Positions 59,730 to 64,000 of a DNA stretch of 64,000 nt are shown piece after piece; the first letter of the stretch is position 1; the number at the start of each line of letters is the position of its first letter. The DNA lies in assembly GCA_963674865.2 (NCBI GenBank), contig CAXXYE010000011.1, positions 288,001-352,000 of the forward strand, written 5' to 3'. The notes beneath the pieces were generated by a model, which saw nothing but the letters and a program-made list of their open reading frames with translations, ran no database searches and had not been told where the DNA came from. Position numbers and translations under genes: made by a program. This DNA is from Candidatus Hydrogenedentota bacterium. Lineage in GTDB: Bacteria; Hydrogenedentota; Hydrogenedentia; Hydrogenedentales; SLHB01.

Positions 59730-60128
59730 GTGGCAGAATGGATAGCCTGTCCCGCCCCGTCAGCTTTCGCCGTCAGAGGCTCTCTCGTATCTGGTGACGG
59801 TTTGGCCGCCTCTAACCTATCGCAGAAGCATGCCCTGCTCAATAGCCACTTCTTCGTAGATGAGCCGGCTGCCGTCGTCGTAGTTGATGGCAGGTTCAGC
59901 AGGTACGAGGCCGGGCACTCGATTGCGTCCACGTCCGCCCCCGTGCCCTCCGCTACGCAAAGTAGCACAAAGTCCCCGAGCACGCTCAAAACGCGTGTCA
60001 TTCCTCACAAAAAGCGCATAATCCGCACGTCATTTGCGCGCTTTCGCGCGAAGCATCTATTGACAACGCCCCCGCATTCTGAACAGAATAAGATGCAAAC
60101 ATGATCAACTAACGTGGGGAGCTTAACC

Positions 60129-61925
60129 ATGCCGTCCAAATTCCACGCAGTGTCCCGCGGGGGCATTATCCTCGTGGCGTTCGTCATTCTCCTCGGATGC
60201 GCCACAGGGCGCCAGTCCGTTGCCGACGAGCCCAATACGGAGATGCCGGCCACGACGATGGAAGAACCTGTCACTCCTGCCGAGCCCCTGATGCAAAAGC
60301 CCGCTCCGGTTGCCGCCGCGCCGGCCGTCGCCGCGCCGAAGCCCAAACCCGGCCCGCGCGTCCGCGTCGTCGGCAGCGATCTCTCGTTGGCGGAACTTGC
60401 CGGGAGCGACGCCCTCGTCACCGTCGTGCTCAAGAGCGGCAATGCCAAAGATCCCAACCTGCGCATTGTCGAGGTGACGCCCGCGTATGTCTCCGTCGTC
60501 GGCTTGGACGGCGAGATGAACTCCTACTTGATCTCAGCCATCCGTGAAGTCCGAGTACAATCCCGCGAGGTTGAGGCGCGCGTCTACAGGCCCGACATCG
60601 TCCGTGCCATGCGCGCTGACGAGCGAAGCGTCCTCGATCGCGCCTTTATTCGCGTCGGCGACCTCGTGACGGCCCTCGCGGGCAATCAGGCCCTGCTCAT
60701 GCGCGCCAACACCCTCATCGCCGTGGGCGGCGGCGAACAAGGCAGGCAGGCCGCCAACTACCTCCGGCAATTGGCGCAAGGGAATGACCTTCATACCTCC
60801 ATCGAAGCCTACATGTACCTTTACCTCATCGGCGACAAGGACGGCGACGGCATCCCTTCCGCCGTCGAGGGCAAGGCCGATCCCGATGGCGATGGCATCC
60901 CGAATGATCTTGATGGCGACAGCGACAATGACGGCATTCCGGACAGCAAGGAAGGCATGATCGACGAGAATGGCGATGGCGTGCCCGATGCCTTGGGACA
61001 GGGCCTTCCCGACAGCGATAAGGACGGTGTGCCCGATTTCCTTGACAATGATGCCGCGGCCGAAGAAGAACCTGCCGAACTTGCCGTCACGCTCCAGAAT
61101 GGCGTGCCCGGCTTCGTTGATCCCAGCCGCCCCTTGCTCAACGTTATCGAAGACGGTTTGGCCAGTCCCAATCGCGGTATACGGGCCGCCGCCGCGAAGC
61201 TGGCCGGGCTGGCCGAGGATCACGAGGTCGAACACATCCTGCGTGAGATGGCCAAAGACCGCGCTGCCGATATTGGCGTCCCTGCGGCGTGTGCGTTGGC
61301 CCGTCTTGGCGACCGCGACATCATTCCTCAATTGTTGAGACTGCTCTTCGACAATAGCCCCGAGAAGGGCGCGGCCGCCGTGTTTGGCCTGACCCGCCTG
61401 GACGGCCCCGAGGTCATTGTCACCCTCAAGTCGAGGCTCGATGCCGCCACAAGCACCGAACGCTTCCGCATCGCCCGCATCCTGCAAGCGTTGGGCGATC
61501 CGATGGGTGTCACCATCCTCAAGGAAGAGGTCATGGATGTTCCCACGCTCGCGCCGCAGGCCGCGATCATCCTTGCTCGCGAGGGCGATTGGGAAGCCAT
61601 ACGCTATCTGCGCGACCGCTTGGCCGAGCGCTATAACACCGTGCAGCAGGTGTTCCTTTACCGCGCCAAGGCCGTTGCGGCCCTCATCGCCGGCGGACAC
61701 CCCGCCTCCGTTGCCGAGCTCCAGGCGCTGCTGAGGACGGAAGATCCCCTCGTCCACGTAAGCGTGTGCATTCACATTGGCGAGATTGGAAAACGCAATC
61801 TGCTCACCATTTTGCACCCTGCGATTGAGAGCACCGATCCAAACGTTTCCCTTGCTGCCTGTGAAGCCGCTATCGCCATCGCCGAACCCGATTTCCGGGA
61901 GCGCCTTATCGAAATACGGGAATAG
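60129..61925 (+). CDS. Lipoprotein with HEAT-like repeats and an internal DxDxDG (thrombospondin type 3-like) tract
   Basis: Lipobox LLG-C; Pro/Ala linker; DKDGDGIP/DSDNDGIPD repeats; RAAAAKLAG, ACALARLGD helices. Confidence 0.75.
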   Translation: MPSKFHAVSRGGIILVAFVILLGCATGRQSVADEPNTEMPATTMEEPVTPAEPLMQKPAPVAAAPAVAAPKPKPGPRVRVVGSDLSLAELAGSDALVTVVLKSGNAKDPNLRIVEVTPAYVSVVGLDGEMNSYLISAIREVRVQSREVEARVYRPDIVRAMRADERSVLDRAFIRVGDLVTALAGNQALLMRANTLIAVGGGEQGRQAANYLRQLAQGNDLHTSIEAYMYLYLIGDKDGDGIPSAVEGKADPDGDGIPNDLDGDSDNDGIPDSKEGMIDENGDGVPDALGQGLPDSDKDGVPDFLDNDAAAEEEPAELAVTLQNGVPGFVDPSRPLLNVIEDGLASPNRGIRAAAAKLAGLAEDHEVEHILREMAKDRAADIGVPAACALARLGDRDIIPQLLRLLFDNSPEKGAAAVFGLTRLDGPEVIVTLKSRLDAATSTERFRIARILQALGDPMGVTILKEEVMDVPTLAPQAAIILAREGDWEAIRYLRDRLAERYNTVQQVFLYRAKAVAALIAGGHPASVAELQALLRTEDPLVHVSVCIHIGEIGKRNLLTILHPAIESTDPNVSLAACEAAIAIAEPDFRERLIEIRE

Positions 61926-61930
61926 CGCCC

Positions 61931-62206
61931 ATGGCCGACCGACTCCACGTGCTCATCCATGGCAGGGTGCAAGGCGTGGGATTTCGGTATGCCACCCACA
62001 GGCAGGCCGCCCTCCTCGACCTCAATGGCTGGGTGAAGAACCTCTACGACGGCGGCGTCGAGGCCGAATTCGAGGGACCCCGAGACCGGCTTGATACCAT
62101 GCTCGAGTGGTGCCGCGTCGGCCCTGCGTACGCCAATGTCACTCATGTCGACGCTTCGTGGGAGTCCGGCCCCCCCCGCCATGAGCACTTCTCAATCCGC
62201 GGCTGA
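61931..62206 (+). CDS. acyP: Acylphosphatase
   Basis: IHGRVQGVGFRY, GWVKN..DG.VE, GP.YA.V. Confidence 0.96.
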   Translation: MADRLHVLIHGRVQGVGFRYATHRQAALLDLNGWVKNLYDGGVEAEFEGPRDRLDTMLEWCRVGPAYANVTHVDASWESGPPRHEHFSIRG

Positions 62207-62223
62207 GGACCACTTCCGGCCGC

Positions 62224-63009
62224 CTATGCTTTCCTCAGAATCCAGATCCGCTCCGTGGACGACTCCGTCACCGGCCCGCAGTCGAAATCTCCGCAGAGCG
62301 CATCGACGGTGAAGCCGCAATCCCGAACCAGCTCCCCCATATCCCCCCGACTTGGCCAGCCCCTTTCCATCGAAAGGAGACGCCGCCGCGCTCTCACGCC
62401 CACGGCCACCGGCCCTGCGATCTGGTACTCCTCCTCCAGCCGCTGTGCCGCCAAGTCACAACGCCACCGATGACGCACCACGACCTCATCCCCCGTGCCG
62501 GACACGGCGTACCGCTCCTCAGTCCATGTCGCATCCTCCAGGACCTGCGACGGGAGCTCGGGCTCCTCATGATCCCGCGGGGGCGACCAGTAGTTCATCA
62601 TCAGCACCCCCCCGGCCGCCAGATGCCTGTGGACGGCGCTCAGGCAGGCCCGCCGCTCCTCATTCGTCAAGAGATGCATGAAAGTCCGGTAGGCTATCAC
62701 GGCCAGCTCGAAGCATCCGGCGAAGGCAAACGCCCGCATATCCCCCTGTACCAAGTCCAGTCGCCCCGGCGTGTCCCCGATCTCGGCCAACTTCTCGCGG
62801 CAGCAATCCAACATCGCCTTCGAGTTGTCCAGGCCGACCACGTCCACCCCCGACATAGCCATCGGAATCGACAGCCGCCCCGTCCCGCACCCCAGCTCAA
62901 GCGTCCTGCCTCCCTGGCGCATCGCATTGCCGACATAGAACTCCGCCTCGCCAGGCAATCCCTGGTGAATCAAGTCGTAATACTCGGCCCAACCGTCAAA
63001 AACCGCCAT
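62224..63009 (-). CDS. Class I SAM-dependent methyltransferase
   Basis: LELGCGTGR, GLDNS..ML, QGDMR, HL..GG. Confidence 0.9.
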   Translation of the reverse strand: MAVFDGWAEYYDLIHQGLPGEAEFYVGNAMRQGGRTLELGCGTGRLSIPMAMSGVDVVGLDNSKAMLDCCREKLAEIGDTPGRLDLVQGDMRAFAFAGCFELAVIAYRTFMHLLTNEERRACLSAVHRHLAAGGVLMMNYWSPPRDHEEPELPSQVLEDATWTEERYAVSGTGDEVVVRHRWRCDLAAQRLEEEYQIAGPVAVGVRARRRLLSMERGWPSRGDMGELVRDCGFTVDALCGDFDCGPVTESSTERIWILRKA

Positions 63010-63111
63010 AGTATTTCCTGTGTCACGCTGGCTGCACCCCGCCAGAGATACCTCTTTGAGGCCAGACTCCTACGTGTACCCTTTTCCGGCTACCGCTGCC
63101 TTCATAAGCGC

Positions 63112-63999
63112 TCACTCGGCAAGGTACTTGCCCAGAAACGCCGCAATCTCGCCAAAATGCTCCTTGCGCCACGTGCGGTGTACGCGATCCAACGCATGGC
63201 CGTAACCTGGCGCCGCTAGCAGCCGCGTCGGCACGCCCAATGCCTCAAGGCGCGCGTGCATCGCCTCCGTCTGCTCGAACGGCACGATCCGATCGTCTTC
63301 ACCGTGGATGAAAAAGATCGGGCAGGTGGACGCATCTGCGTGCGTGAGCGGCGACGCCCACGCCAGCGGCTCCATGCCGTTCGCTGGATGCTCTTCCCCC
63401 GCGAACTCAGTCACGTACTTCTTTGCCACCTTCGGGAGCCGGGCCCGGCCTATCGGGCGCCGGTACGAGGTCAGGTCCGTCGGACCGTAGAAGCTGACCG
63501 CCGCGCGGATAGCGCTCGACGTCCCCCTGTTGGCATGACCCTCGAGGCCGTCGGCGGGGCCCGTCGTCGCCAGCATCAGCGCCAGGTGAGCCCCCGCCGA
63601 CTGGCCCAGCGCCCCGATCCGCTCCGGGTCGATGCCGTATTCCTCATTGTGAAGCCTGAGCCAACGCACCGCCGCCTTCACGTCATACAGGCAGTCCGGA
63701 AACGGATGCCAAGGCATTTTCCGGTATCCCGCCGACATCGCGACGTAGCCTTCCCGCGCCAGTGCCCGGCCGTAGCACCTCATCTGGTGCCGGGTGCCCG
63801 CCAACCAGCCGCCGCCGTGAATCAAGAGGACGGCGGGCCTGAGCCCCTCCATCTCGCCGGCGGGAAGGTAGACTGTGGCCTTCAGTTTGCCGGAGTCCGT
63901 CTCCGCGTAGACCACCCGTTCAGCGGCGATTTCTTCCCCCGCAAAAACACGAGACGCCGCCCCCACCACGCAAATCAACACGAACCAAGTACTTCTCAT
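63112..63999 (-). CDS. Secreted alpha/beta hydrolase (HSL-like esterase)
   Basis: IHGGGW, GQSAGAHL, HGEDDRIVP, GH. Confidence 0.9.
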   Translation of the reverse strand: MRSTWFVLICVVGAASRVFAGEEIAAERVVYAETDSGKLKATVYLPAGEMEGLRPAVLLIHGGGWLAGTRHQMRCYGRALAREGYVAMSAGYRKMPWHPFPDCLYDVKAAVRWLRLHNEEYGIDPERIGALGQSAGAHLALMLATTGPADGLEGHANRGTSSAIRAAVSFYGPTDLTSYRRPIGRARLPKVAKKYVTEFAGEEHPANGMEPLAWASPLTHADASTCPIFFIHGEDDRIVPFEQTEAMHARLEALGVPTRLLAAPGYGHALDRVHRTWRKEHFGEIAAFLGKYLAE

Positions 64000-64000
64000 C

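Noticed and set aside
60534..61817. 427-aa minus-strand ORF
   Set aside because: Antisense shadow of the HEAT-repeat lipoprotein gene

Overview
GC-rich bacterial chromosomal segment, probably from a PVC-like lineage such as Candidatus Hydrogenedentes (inferred only from its gene content). I saw no CRISPR array, rRNA, transposase or integrase. Housekeeping genes include ychF, tRNA-Gly(CCC), zapA/zapB-like, pheST, yggS, pssA-psd, radC, prmC-prfA-rpmE, leuA and acyP. They are interspersed with many secreted or carbohydrate-active genes: GH5-like, GH4, Ogl-like, two FG-GAP/DUF4091 paralogs, Kelch plus sialidase-like, and a ~1650-aa beta-helix/RTX protein. Most notable observations: (1) a 123-bp palindromic MITE-like element inserted in frame after codon 2 of two unrelated genes (prmC and a secreted protein), adding the same 41-aa peptide, plus a truncated third copy; (2) a 28-bp dif-like Xer site at 29533-29560, suggesting the replication terminus; (3) a fused GHMP sugar kinase / UDP-sugar pyrophosphorylase next to a GalU-like gene; (4) a decayed ECF-sigma and metzincin protease locus only partly visible in the ORF track; (5) a pilHIG/xap-like ABC module with no adjacent pilin gene. 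All family assignments come from reading motifs by eye, not from database searches.
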